Shown piece by piece: positions 37,600 to 51,118 of a stretch of DNA of 64,000 nt. How positions within the stretch are numbered: the stretch's first letter is position 1; each line of letters begins with the position of its first letter. The position numbers and the translations under genes are program-made. Below the pieces are notes generated by a model that saw only the letters and a list, made by a program, of their open reading frames with translations, did no database searches and was not told where the DNA came from. Source of the DNA: Botryllus schlosseri (taxonomy: Eukaryota); contig CM119384.1 in NCBI GenBank assembly GCA_051294905.1, positions 15,624,001 to 15,688,000 on the forward strand. Direction: 5' to 3'.

Positions 37600-38932
37600 C
37601 AGTGGTTCCCAACGTGGGCGATATCGCCCCCCAGGGGGCGATTTGTCGGTCCAGGGGGGCGAAAATAGCCAAGGGGGCGATAGGGGGGCGAAAACGGACG
37701 AAGGGGGCGATAGGGGGGCGATGGCGCGTTGAAATGGCTATATTGGCGTCCATGACCGTAACTGCCACAGATAAACCCCCAATTGGGATGGGGGGCCTGA
37801 GCTCTAAGGGGGCCCACAATATTTTCGCGAATTAACATTAATTATAGAGTATTATTTTGGAAATTTAAACAAATTTTTCAAAAAATTTTGCGCTGCGCGC
37901 CATTTCCTGGTCACATATTTGTTACTTATTGGATACCCTTCCTCCAAGAAATAATACGCACGAGGTATAGAAATGGGCATCTCGGCGTCAGCTATTATCA
38001 CACCATGACGCACCAAGACATATGTAGTTTCAGGCCATGTAACATGCGAGAAGAATGCCAGAACGAGAAAACCTTGGCGGAAAAGGCCTGCCTTTATGCT
38101 GACCGACGTCGATATATATACGATATACATATATGTTTAATTGTCCTTAGGCGCCTAAATGGCTGGCGCCAAATCTCCCTGTCCTGGCAATCAGAACCCC
38201 ACAAAAAAATGCCATCTCGCAGAGAAAAATTAATTGCCAGTGCAGAAATACCAATTTGAAATCGTGTGAATCTTTTAGTTCAGTACGTATGGGCGATTTG
38301 AATGTCTTTTGACATAGCAGACAGGCCACGAAATGTCATTACGTAACGGAGTCCGCCCGAATATGTTCAAATATCATTTACGGACCCTACATTTTCTAAG
38401 ATACCTCACTCAGCTTTACTGGTAAATCTAGATACATGAGGAGAGAGAGGATAAAAAATTGACAGCAATATATATGCAATTCCCGATCATATTGACCGAT
38501 TTAATCATAAATGACATAATTTTTTCGCGCTCCGCGCGAATTAAACCAATTAACTGAAGAGTCAAACAATTTGTGCTGAGAAGTAGCGGCAAAGAGGTAT
38601 CGGGGAAGTTGGATCTGAGGGGTGCAGAAGTTTGCTTTATTGTCCTATGGAGGGGGTCAAGACCAACGTATTGGGGAAGGGGCTGACGAAGTGCTGTTAC
38701 GATTATTTGGGAATCAAGTCGGAGAAATCACCTTTTTGTTAGTCAACTCACCAAAATTTAGCTGGAAAACTGAAATTTCGAGGCCGAGCCGAAATTTTGA
38801 CCCTTTTTCTTGGTCAACTCGCCGGTGATTTCAGTCTGTATACCCATTTTTCGGTCCCCAATATTTGGGGGGCGATGATCGGTGTGGAGTTTGAAAAGGG
38901 GGCGATGAGCCGAAAAAGGTTGGGAACCACTG
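37600..38932. mobile_element. Composite Charlie-like element (TIR CAGTGGTTCCCAAC) containing a decayed family F copy (~37751-38707)
   Basis: Perfect TSD TACTAAAT; interior homologous to 44821-46430. Confidence 0.88.
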
Positions 38933-39169
38933 TACTAAATGATCTTGAATGATACAAAATAGGTGACCCAATACCGTGATGTCTTGAAGCTGGATTCAAA
39001 TTTATCATATTACAATGATAAAAGTTTGCGAGAAACAATTTGGTGGAGAGAACTTTTGAATGTAAATACCGTACAAACTGAATCTTCGCAAATTAAATAA
39101 CAATAAACTGCACAGGATTCAATGAATCGGATTTCGGAAGGTACAATCCTGCGCTGTTACATGGCTTAC

Positions 39170-39344
39170 CAAAGTCAGAGTAGGTAGTAGGGGACTCTGC
39201 TGGAGATCCGTAAGGAGAAACTTTTCCATCTGAAACTGTTTCTAGTTTTGGGGCCTTGGATGCTTTAATAAATGCCGGGACAGTTGCGGGCTTCTTGACT
39301 TTCTCTTTCTGTTTCTGTCCCTTTGAATGGAAAGCACGGAACTC
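39170..39344 (-). CDS. Probable upstream exon of the zinc-finger gene (EFRAFHSKGQKQKEKVKKP...PTTYSDF)
   Basis: Absent from the ORF track. ttttcatctag acceptor, g|gtaagc donor, 175 nt open, phase 0/1. Confidence 0.75.
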
Positions 39345-39990
39345 CTAGATGAAAACCAGATACGTTGATGTAACGGAGAAATGAACAAATTCATCATAAT
39401 ATTTTTCATTCACGTAATGATTTTTTAATTGCGGTTCACAAGAAGACTGCATTTTTCTTTATTTAATGAAATTATCGGGCCGCATGCCATGCCATGCCTT
39501 TCCAATTCCATAGGCAGAATTCTTTCTACCACTTTTGTCACAAAGTGGCAGGGTATCACTTGAAATCAGCAAATACATTATGCACAAAACTGCAATTTAG
39601 GGCTGTTGCTTTACCGTTATTATACTTTCCGTCAATTGTTTTCTGGCTGTGCGCATTAGGGTTGTTCAAATATAACCCTTTTCCCGGATTCCGGGGAGTC
39701 ACTGATTAAATCGGTAGGTTTTGTGGAGTGGTTCCGTGAACCCACTAACCGCGGATTTCGGAAGAAGATGACTAAAAAATCAGAAAGGTGATAGCCTGAT
39801 TTCCTGTTGAAGTGCAATTATTAGTGCTCGTATGATATGTGTCGCTATTGTGACCTGTGGTGAGCATCGGAAATGAAACAAAATAAAATGAAGTTTTATA
39901 GTTAGAGTTTCAGCATTGGCCTTTCATGGACTCCTTAAAACTAGACTTTTGGAACCTAGTTTGAGAATCTCTGAATGTTAAATGTCTTAC

Positions 39991-40139
39991 CTCTGGATTT
40001 ATTGTTCGGTTAATATTCAGCAGGTTAGTTGGGATATCAAACATGGAGTCGTGATATCTGGACGGCTTGCGTTTCCTCCGGCCCAAGCTATCTTCAGAGG
40101 GAGGTGATACATCACCTTCACTCAGCTTTTCGTCAACAT
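39991..40139 (-). CDS. Probable upstream exon (DVDEKLSEGD...GRRKRKPSRYHDS...INPE)
   Basis: cattgttcag acceptor (phase 1), gag|gtaaga donor (phase 0). Confidence 0.75.
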
Positions 40140-40622
40140 CTGAACAATGGATAAACAATAAATGCAAAAGATTTGACTACTGCTTCAATAAATCCGATAT
40201 TTTGATGACATAATAATCTGAGGATTGAATGTCAATCAGTTGCACGCAGATTTGGGGCCAAAACAGTTATGCTTAGAAACTTAAAAGCATGTGAAGTAGC
40301 ATTTGAGAGCAATTAGCATCAAAATATTTGTCAGATTGCTCAAAGTTTGATGCTAATGCTATCTCATAATACAATAATTGTTAAGCGCTAACAAGTCAAC
40401 ACCAAATTTCATAAACAGAAATATAGGTTATTGGACAGAGACAGATTCATTTACATACATTGAAGCAGGCCAAGTATAGAATTACTGGTTTGAGTTGGGA
40501 GAGTGGGAGTTGTCGGTACACCTACCGTATGTCACTTGGAAACCGTGAGACAAAAATAGTGATATTCATAATTAGCAGAAGAAAGCAAAATAGTAATAAA
40601 GGTTGTAAAAGAGCAGATACTT

Positions 40623-40626
<4 letters not shown>

Positions 40627-40656
<30 letters not shown>
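40627..40656. repeat. (AG)n microsatellite, about 15 units
   Basis: Seen directly. Confidence 0.95.
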
Positions 40657-40659
<3 letters not shown>

Positions 40660-42526
40660 GAAAGTTTACGTAGGCAGTGCCATGGATATGAAAATCTTTG
40701 GTACAGAAAATTGAACCTGTATGGCCAAAAGAACCATGGTGGTAGCAACAGCAGTGGTTCTGTCCCTAAAAAATCGTGCCCCAATATTGTCAAATAGTTA
40801 ACATTCAAAATAAATATACAGTTGGGGTACCACGAAACGGAAAGTCATTCTGGAATCTGGATGTGGATACCCATTCAGCCGATTCAGGTTTGAGTACACA
40901 TTTGCGAATGCTGAAAACCACTTTAACAAGGTGTGAGGTAGAGAGACTCAACCATCAATTTTAATCAAATATGTCATTGCAGTAGCCTACTGACATGGTA
41001 CCAGTTTTACTTGCGTGGTCTTGTTTGTTTTGACTTTCACTGTCCCCTAAACATAATTTGAAGTCAAATCAGTCAGTTTCTGGAAACTACTGGAAATAAC
41101 TCACGTACATGATCGGTTGGATAGATTTCTTTTTATTAGACAAATCGCCAAACAACTGCCTGAAATTGGATGGAGCATCTTGAAATTAAACTCCGTTGTT
41201 TATCAGAACGAAGCATTAGTTTATGAATGGGTTATATGGCGTTTGAAATCTAATGAAAATAATCATTATTACTGTTGTGGAAGACTTTGAAGTTTCGCCA
41301 CAACGAAAATCAATCCCAATCTAAAGATCGTAAGGCATTTAGTCATTACACAGAGGGTTCTGCGCCAGCATTAGGATCTTTCACCCACACCACATGCTAA
41401 GAACCAATATTCTTCAGGATTTGTTGCTCATCAATGATCGCCTATGATAAATTATCCAAATTTATCAAGTTATTACCCGTGAATGAAAATCACGTTTGGG
41501 ATTTAGAAATATTACTATACATTTTAATTTATGCATGACTGATTATATCCCACTTTAATACGGCCGAGAAATCATTGCATTACATCAAGCATATCTTGTA
41601 AATTTCGATAAAGTAATCACCTAGGTCAGGTGTTAACGCTACTCAAATGGTAATATTTTCGGTACTTTGCTTCTGACAGACGTGATCAAAGTAGTCATCG
41701 ATGGTAAGCCTACTCGAGTTAAAGTAGCATAGTAAACTCTAAAAAGTCTAGGCCTAGTTTTGCCTAGTCGAAGTAGAAATAGTCTATAACGCAACCAACT
41801 GAGTAGGTATTACAAGTGGGCAAAACCTACTTGAGTTATCCTAGTTAAAACGTAGAAGTACTTCGTCACTGATCACCGCAGGTTTATGGAGCGTTAAATG
41901 TAGATGCCGCCTATCAATACACATTCGCAAACTGTAAACTTGAGATTAATGACACTACCGCTGTATTTTTACGTATTTGCATTGATGTTCTTCATTCTTC
42001 CCAATCGCCTTTAGAATTTTCTAAATGTCTCAACTGTTTTATAGCCCATATTATGTGTCTGATGCCAGTTGATATCTCCGGTAAATTTGAAACTAAAACC
42101 CGAAACATAATACGCACTAAAAAGGCGATTATTTATTTGTCCTGTGGCACAACTACAACATTGGTAGATCAGCGGGAGTGGGAAGTTACGATTTGTGATC
42201 GTGAAGTTATACGCCATGTCAATCTTGTCAATAAAGGCAACCATTCGCGCAAGACCGCGACCTTTATAAGGAGAGGTGCACTGCACTGCACACTGCACGC
42301 ACTAAATTCGGCAATCGTTTTTTTGCTCCGTGTGCTCCGAGCATGTCCGAGCCACTGCGCAGACTCGAGTCGATTCAATATCAGGAAGTAAACATCATGT
42401 ACGATGTACTGTACAAGTGTACAGTTACGTATGCTCCTTTTGTACGGTATGTGCCAATTGCACCGATGGAAGCCGATAATTATCTTACTGACATGTTCCT
42501 TCGATGCTTATAACTAATTACCGCAC

Positions 42527-42700
42527 CTTCAATCTCTGGTAGCGCGATTCCAGACTCTTCGGGGATTGCCTCTGAAACTAAACTATCCTCCGGTCCTATA
42601 TCTTGGCCGACAAAAATATCGATCTCGTCGCCGTCAGCATTTGGGACAACGCCTCGTTGAGAAATGTCATTTTGTTGGGCGGGTATGTCGACGATCGCAA
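42527..42700 (-). CDS. Probable upstream exon (VAIVDIPAQQND...ALPEIE)
   Basis: ttatcttcag acceptor; phase 1/1 using the g|gtgcgg donor (an alternative donor lies 5 nt downstream). Confidence 0.65.
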
Positions 42701-42765
42701 CTGAAGATAACGCAAACTCGTTATTTGAAATCATGCACTATACTACCTCCAACTAATCGCCTTAC

Positions 42766-42830
42766 CATCATGGCGCTCGGTGGTTGTAAGATCGAAATCT
42801 TGCAAACACGCGTCTTCCCCTGCGGATTCT
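42766..42830 (-). CDS. Probable upstream exon (ESAGEDACLQDFDLTTTERHD)
   Basis: tttttttttcag acceptor, g|gtaagg donor, 65-nt intron to the next exon, phase 2/1. Confidence 0.7.
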
Positions 42831-44820
42831 CTGAAAAAAAATAAGAAATTTTAACAATACTATAAATATATTCAGTCGTTGGTAGTGTCATTTAACACAG
42901 CGCAGCGTCTAGAGACGCACGTAAATGTAACCTTGGGCAGATGATGGGTGTGATGAAAGTTTTGCAGACATCAATTGATGATAGGGATTGACAGTTACTG
43001 TTAAATGGTCAAACGGTTCATTATTACTCTGTGACTTATAGTCGACACTCAATACTGGCTAATTGGCATCACCTCGCTTCAAATATCTACCTAGCTACCC
43101 ATCAATATATCCGGTGGGCACCTCGCTCGGGACTGATCAGGTAGAGTACATTTTCAGTAAAGGTCAGGTGTGCGCTAAATTGAGTTTATTGGATCGAAAC
43201 AGCTTGAACTATAAGAAGCCAGAAAAACTTTGGTGATGCGAAAAGCATCGCTGACGTGGGTTTTGTCATGCGAGTTAATAATACTGCTGCTTGAAACTGA
43301 AGCTCACGGTTCTGGGTTTTACAACAAAGTGATGCGTATTACATGATTGTAGTCTCTTCAACTACCCTACAAATACTAAATAACAAAGTTCACTAACGCT
43401 ATGTCATCGGTCATCGCTAGATATCAATGGTAAATCGGTCGGTGCAGTGTAAAGCTATGCGCACTGCGCAGTTGTCGTTGACCTCCTGCTGTAGCTTTGA
43501 ACAAGGCTCAGGGGCCTAGGGATAAAGCTTGACTTGAAGCTTCGATGGCATCAGACGGCAATACAATACAATAAAAATCGGTGAGCAGTGGCCCTACTTC
43601 AAATAGCACGGTCTATTTCCTACGAGCACATGCAGAGAAAATAACCAGGAGCGTCTTCTCCCGCGCAGCTCTTTTTACCGAAACTATACAATAACGAACG
43701 AAAGAATGCAGACTTGAAGACGAGCATTCGTAAACATTCTTCAGTCGAGTTGACTTCTTGACTATCGAATATTATACTCGGCGCGCTGTCGGTCTCTAGT
43801 TACTTCATACTGTCGTAAGCTCACTATATAGCTACATATTATGCATACACGACGAGGGGCATGTCAGCAGGTGTTAGGTCGGAGTCACTCAGTCGTATTC
43901 GCTGACACCAATTGGCAGGGAGTAGGTCTACTTGATCATCGTCGAACGCAGTGCTAATTTCACAGCTTTGGCCTGTAATATCTCATGATTTTTTTTGAAA
44001 TATATATGTCCGGAAACGACGTTATGGTTGAAATGGTCCAGTTTATCACACAGCCGCCACTCGGGAAGTGGCGGTCGAATCGGTAATTTCTGAATCTATC
44101 AATTTCCAGATATTCCCTGATAAAACAGATTTTTTTTGCCCATTGGGCTGAGAGTCGCTGAGACAAAACCTGGCAAGTTGATGCAGAATGGAAATTTGAA
44201 GTCGTCATTGTGATTTGTGACGTGCATGATATACGTGTTGCCACTTCGTGAGTGACCCGAGGATATCGGCCTATAGTGCAAATGACCAATACAGTCGAGC
44301 ACCATAATAATTAATACACACACTTATCGTGAATAGGGCTGGGCATAATCATTCGAGTACTCGAATATGAATCGAGAATTAATTTTAATGATTCGAGTCA
44401 AGTAGTGAAAGACGACATTTTCGAGTACTGAAATGCTAAGTGCTACTAATCATCCACAAATTCACAATTCGCGATAAAATAATCATGTGGTCAGATGTCA
44501 ACTACCATTTCGTGCCAGACCGATGGGCTACATTTATTTAGCGATTCCTCGTCCCGTCAACATCACACCCTGTGCTAGGCCATTTGTACAGATGGCAAAT
44601 AAGATGGCAGAACCATTTGACAATTTTACAATCTTTGGTACTGAGCAGCACAGGTATTTCCCTGGACGTCTCAACGTTCAGCCAATGACTAGGTAATCAG
44701 AATGGTCTGCACTGTACACAACGCGCTATCTCTCGTACAATGCTATTTTTTAGATCCACAATTGGGCCGATTGCAATTCCCTTCCGCGGATTGAAAGGGA
44801 AGCCTGGGCAGGGTATTACA

Positions 44821-46430
44821 CAGCACCGTAACTGCCGCACCCCAAACCCCCCAATTGGGGGGGGCGAGCTCGATGGGGGGCCCAAAATTATTTCCTGAAT
44901 TAGCATAAATCATAGAGTATTTTTTGAAAATTTATGCAATTTTTTCAAAATTTTTTCGCGCTGCGCGCGAATTCACGTAGCCGTTTATCTTTCTTATTGG
45001 GTATTGGGCCATTACCGCGCCACGACCCACCAAGACATACAATCAAGTTTTAGGCCATATAACATGCGACTCCAAGAAGTGTGCCAGAACGATTGGCAGC
45101 GAGAAAAGCTTGGCCGAAAAGGTCTATGCCCTTATGCAGATCAAAGACTTCGCTATATATACAAAATACATATAGGTTTAATTGTCCATAGGCGCCTAAA
45201 TGACTGGCGCCGAATGTTCCTGTCTTTGCAATCTGAACCTCACAAGACAAATACCATCCCGTTGGGAAAAATTTTATGCCAGTGAAGAAATACCAATTTG
45301 AAATCGTGTGCTTCTCTTAGTTTAGAAGCCTACGTTTGGGCGGTTCTATATTTTTTGATATAGCAGACTGGAAGTCACGAAATAACATCATGTAACGAAG
45401 TCATTTCAACGGTTCCGCCCGCCCGAAGATGTTTAATCATTATTTACGGGCCCTCCCGTTTTCAAGACACTTCACTCAGCTCTACCGGTAAATCTAATTA
45501 CGTGAGTAGAGAGGACAATAAATTGATGGCATATTATATATGCAGTCGCCGATCTGATTTACCGATTTTATCATAAATTATCGAAAATTTTCGCGCTTCG
45601 CGCTGGCTCTCAGTACAGTACGGATAATTTCGTGACAAACGCGAACAATGTGATGGGGGGGGGGCGTTTTATCACCCTATGGCAGCCCAAGACCCACGTT
45701 TTTGGGGGCCTGACGAGGTGCTGTTTCGCTCCTGCCAACGGGTAGACGCCCGAAGATTTTTAATTATTATTGAGTGGTCCTACCTTTTCAAACACACCTC
45801 ACTCAGCTCTACCGACAAATCTGATTTCGTGAGTAGAGAGGACAATATATTGATAGCATATTATATATGCAGTCGCCGATCTGATTGAGCGATTTTATCA
45901 TAAATTATCGAAAATTTTCTCGCTTCGCCCTGGCTCACAATACAGTACGGGTAATTTCGTGACAAACGCGAACAACGTGATGGGGGGGGGTCGTTTTATC
46001 ACCCTATGGGATCCCAAGACCCACGTTTTGGGGGGCCTGACGAGATGCTGTTTTGCTCCTGCCACCGGGTATACGCCCGAAGATGTTTAATTATTATTGA
46101 GTGGTCCTACCTTTTCAAACACACCTCACTCAGCTCTACCGGCAAATCTGATTACGTGAGCAGAGAGAAGATAAAAATTGATAACAATGTATGCAATTCC
46201 CGATCATACTGACCGATGAAATCATGAATACTAGAAATTTTGCGCGCTTAGGCGACAAAAGCTGATTCACTAAAGAAAATCCCAATGAATATGATGAATA
46301 GTGGTAAACAGTGTATCGCCAGAGGGGGGTCTGGGGGGCGAAGCCCCCCAGACGTTCGGTCTATAACACTATGGGGGGCCCAAGACCAAAGTTTTTTGGG
46401 GGGGGCTGACGAAGTGCTGTTACGGCCCTG
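44821..46430. mobile_element. Family F hAT element (TIR CAG[G/C][G/A]CCGTAAC) with an internal ~330-bp tandem duplication
   Basis: Perfect TSD GTATTACA; duplicated blocks at about 45470-45790 and 45800-46120. Confidence 0.88.
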
Positions 46431-46645
46431 GTATTACATAATAGGTAATAGTCTCCAATAATATTATGAAAAAGGCCTTATTCAGATCTAGCGGGAATAA
46501 TAATTTTACACCCCTAATTTTGACACTTGACACTAGAATTTTGGAAAACAACCAAAAGCAGACTCCGAACCATAGATTTTCATGATCCGTGACCCCGAAA
46601 TCGTCGATTTTAAGTAGGGCACATCAACTTGCACAACATAAACGG

Positions 46646-47642
46646 TAGGGTTACCATATTTTGAGATCAAAAATTATGAAAGCACTAGTACCGGAAAAGG
46701 AAACTGGCGAAATGAAAATTTTTCGACCGATAGCACTGTGTTGACTAAAAAAAGTCATCACTTTAACTCGACTCCCGAATTACCCGCTTTATACGTTACT
46801 TTTGTGGTGTTGACTTGAAAAAGTCATCTTTCCCCTCTCTACTCCCGAAATACCCGCCGCGCCGTATTTTTCGTTGATTGTCTTCCCAACTTTGGCGTTT
46901 GCTGCGTCGGAGTCAAGTTTTTGATGGCAATTTAGCAGGGTTGTAATGACTCGAGTCATGACTCCACTTGGACTCGAGTCATTGCGCATGACTCGAACCA
47001 AGTCATATGACTCGAGACTCAGACGGCCAAAACTGACATTTCGTTGTAATTTCGGAGTGTAGTAAAGTTACCACGCTACTGGCATTTCGTCTATTGGTAC
47101 TGGTACTGATACATGAAAATGAGACCAGAAACTGGTAGAAGTGAGGGAAATTAGTATATTATAAATGCGAAGCATTCGACATCACCAAACAGAGTTATAA
47201 AAAGTGGGTTTAACAACACTTTAACTTGAAACTGACCAGTCAACACAATGACTTGGACTCGGACTCGAGTCCTAATACCATGACTCGGACTCGACCCTCT
47301 GCTCGATGACTTGAACTCGGACTTGACTGGGTGGTAAATTGAAAATGACTCGACTTGACTCGAGTCAAAACCATAAAAGTGAGATTGACTTGTGACTTGG
47401 TTAGAACCCTGCATTTTAGACCAATAGTAACTTTAACCTGACTCCCGAATTACCCGCATTTTTACGAAACTCTGACGTTCGCTGCATCGAGGTCGAGTTT
47501 TTGATGGCATTCTAATACTTTTTCTAGAAAACGAGGCCAAATTCCCCCACAAAAAATGACATTTAGGCGTCCTCCGAGGACACTTCCAATTTATTGAAAA
47601 GAGAGGACAAATCCTCCTAAAAGAGAACATATGGTAACCCAA
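46646..47642. mobile_element. TAGGGTTACCATA-family hAT element hosting a family A copy
   Basis: TIRs as at 12435; degenerate TSD (ATAAACGG/ATGAAGAG). Confidence 0.7.
46936..47411. mobile_element. Family A hAT element
   Basis: TIRs CAGGGTT; TSD CAATTTAG/CATTTTAG (7/8). Confidence 0.88.
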
Positions 47643-50623
47643 ATGAAGAGTCGATCTGTCAACTGACATCAAAATAAAGGTTTGAATTTCCAGCTTGACC
47701 CAATTTGCCAATAAACAACAATATTATTTTGCTGCACTCCAACAAGCATCCAGTGTGTTGCATATGTGCATAGTTAATAGTTATCAGTGTACAATACACA
47801 GAACTTATAGACACGATAATGGGGGTAATAGGCTATCGGTGCTATCCCGACAGACAGACTGTATAGAGTCACGTGTACCTGTTTGATGCAGGTGTGATCA
47901 GACTAGTTGACCTTCACGGTCGTATCGATCATTCCTGTCTGATACCAAATACTGTGCAGTGTGCATGCACATTGCACAATTGCAAATTTGCACAATGCAC
48001 ATATTCTGTACCCCCATCATTGCCGTCAGTTTGTTACGGATTTTGGTTGAATGAAAATAAAGATCTCTCTCTGTCGACCCTGAACCTATCATTTACATTT
48101 GCGGTAAAATAGTAGGTCAGAGAATATTGAAATTATACCGATGATAGCCAGGGCGAGGTCCCAGTCGAGGTACTACATGGCGGTTATTCTTCAGGAACTA
48201 AAATATGATCTCATCGGGCGCTGGTACGCCTGTCAAATCGTCGAATCCCGCCAATAATTAGGATCACTTTGTAACAATTATATTGTCAACTGTTCTTACT
48301 CATGACAATTACTTCGTGTCGATTTGAGCACTATTCTTGTACCTAAATATGTGGTGCTTGAGGTACGAAGTAACAGTTATGATGCTTGGACTAATTCTAT
48401 ATTAACACCGCATCCATATTTGCAAGCGCTCGCATCCAACTTACATATTGAAAATTATCAACGGCGACATTGGTGATTTGACGTTAATAACATAGATGCC
48501 AGGCCTGATGTCTTGTACAAGGTATTGTACATGGACCAGTTTACTGGTGGAATCCTTACTCAGTAGAGTGCCAGACAATTAAGGAAACGCGATTTCACAC
48601 AATTGGCAGGAACTATGCCTACTTGCAAGGAAAGTTAGTTCATGGGCGAGGCATCTATTTCGACAGCTGTATGTCGGTTTGATATCGTGGCTCCCCGTCT
48701 GGAAGTTACGAATGCATGTCCAGCCGGCAGCACTTAAAATTATATCACTCATAGTCAGAGGATCCGTTTATTGTTTGACACCAGTGTCACACAGAGCTAG
48801 TGCTTGATTCGGAGCCTTATCGTGTCAGAACGTCTCAGTGATGTACTATAACTAAGGTTATGTCAATCTGCATGAACTCAAAACGATTCGGTCATATTCG
48901 AGATGTAAACTCCTTGAGTGAAATCCTAAAATGTTATTATGTGATAAATAGGGAGGCGGAGAGATGTTGGTAACTTTCGAAGTACTTGCGAATTTGGCAC
49001 CCATCAATCCGGTCAGATGAACGCACTGTGGCGTTCTATCTGCCGATCACAAGTCCGACGAGGGTGAGCCCACTAAGCATTCGATTCTCTACTAGTTGTA
49101 TCATGGCAGCTCCACCCTCTTTTGAATAACTGATTTTCCGATGTCACATCGGAATCGTGGCGTACATTTTCAGTTCGACTCTAAAAATGTTTCACTCAAA
49201 TAGCTGCAGCCAGATAATGATTTCTCATGCAGTCGTTTGAATATGATGACAACGGTAAGCTAGCCGAATACTAACATATTATTTACGTATACAATATCTG
49301 TTGCATATAGTAATACGCTTCAGAAAATACGACTGTTTTGATAACATTGTCTCAAGCTCCATCACGGCTCTATCCCAGAGTCAATGCTCATGGGATATTT
49401 CTTTAGCTGTAAAGACATGATAATGAATGAAAGAAAGTTATCTGCTCACATAGTTTCTTCCTGGATAGGACACTCCTTTTCTGACATCTCCGTTCGATAA
49501 TACGGGGTCCTTCAAAAATCAATATCATGAATAACAGACTCTAATATACATTTGGCTGTATACGAAATCTGTAGGAATTCGAAATTGAGTTAGTGAATTG
49601 CGATAAGAGGAAGGTCATATTCATAAATTCTACTATTTGCATCCGGTCAAGACACACGGTGCGTTGTAGGAGAATGTCGAAATGACCGACTCCGGTCTAT
49701 CAATGTAACATCCATCCCGACCTACCCATGTTAGTGGTGATATTATAATGCCCGATGTCACAGCGTTCGATCTTGATATCTCGACTGCTATTCTCTTGGT
49801 GCTTTCTCGCTCTTTTCATGTACTGCCTTATATTTCTACGTCATACCTGGGCTTTGGCGAAAATACGTCGTAATATAGGCGACTCAGGGGGGAGGAGCAC
49901 AGATAAATATACGACAAGTCGAAACATGCGATAGCGGATACTCCAACAGCAGCTTTCGTGCTGATGGCAACGGATTAACCAATTGCTGGCTCAATCCTAC
50001 AACAAACTTTTGAACAAATGAACTCGACGCGAACTCTACTTTTTGAAATTGCTTTATCGATATTAACGCAATAAATTGACGATCGCACCGAACAATACAT
50101 TCATAGTCGCAATTTATTCATTCTGTGCAACCGAATCAGTGGCATAAAGTCTTAGGTAAAATGTTTTACGAAGGTCAGCAACCAAATTCCACTCTTGAGT
50201 ATAGCTAACAAACTACGCTACAATATCCTCAGTACAACTCCGTTACTACCCAGCAACCGCTATTATGGCTGCCCTATTTTAGCAAAAGCGAGGTCTGTTC
50301 TATCTTACCTCGAGTAAATACAGAAAGCGCGGTTGTGCGTCCGGTGTGTCACACCCGAAAACCCACTGCGAATAGCGTAGCGATTTTCTAAAGAATTCCT
50401 ACTTGATGTATCGCAGTATTACTGGCGGCGACGATCAGACTCTGTCAATTATATATTCATTCGAGACCTACCTCGCAGTTTAGATTTAATAGCTAGCGAA
50501 CGTCTGTATTTCGCATACACCGCGCTGTTCAAATTCAAGATAATGATTTATTACATACGCTCTATGTAAGAGCCCGCTCCGACGTAGAAGATCAATATCC
50601 TAGTCCACAATATGTACTGATAC

Positions 50624-50915
50624 CGAACAGCTCTCGGAGACGTATCAGGCAACGCAATTACGTCATCGACAGAACCGTCTATGCTTGGAGCACTCTTCAC
50701 TCGTAGAACTGTGAAAATAACGAACGCACATCTGCGCTGACAAATACCACTGTCGGTCAGATACTTTGCGGAAGGCGCTTCTGATTTGCTCCGTTGACCT
50801 ATTTCTAGAAAGAGATTAGATCGGTGCACATTCCCTGCGAGAATTCGCTCTCCAACATGCTTGTTGAAACTGGTTTCCTCAACTGCTACCGATGAGTCGG
50901 CGTTGGTCGTTACGG
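50624..50915 (-). CDS. Probable upstream exon(s): 50799-50915 and 50624-50708, or one exon if the 90-nt in-frame intron is read through
   Basis: Within ORF 50551..50943; tccatag and ttttcacag acceptors. The cg|gtatca donor (phase 2) matches the phase-2 start of the 42830 exon across a ~7.8-kb intron. Confidence 0.55.
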
Positions 50916-51068
50916 CTATGGACGTATTGTACAAAATAGGCACCCAGAATATTCAATGCCAACGTAAGACATTTTTTTATCCCAAATTGGGTGTACAAAA
51001 CGACTACATGAGAAATATTACGAACACATGATACTACCAGTCCACAACGTCAGTTACAACGTTGGTAC

Positions 51069-51118
51069 CGTAGTACGGTCTCGTGCTTTTGTACTCCCCT
51101 GCTCCGGCATCGTAAAAT
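51069..51118 (-). CDS. Possible small upstream exon (FYDAGAGEYKSTRPYY)
   Basis: gtgggcag acceptor, g|gtacca donor; phase fits the 50915 exon but the splice signals are weak. Confidence 0.3.

Noticed and set aside
47700-50500. Possible nested gene in the 7.8-kb intron
   Set aside because: No ORF or exon chain with recognisable content could be built by eye.
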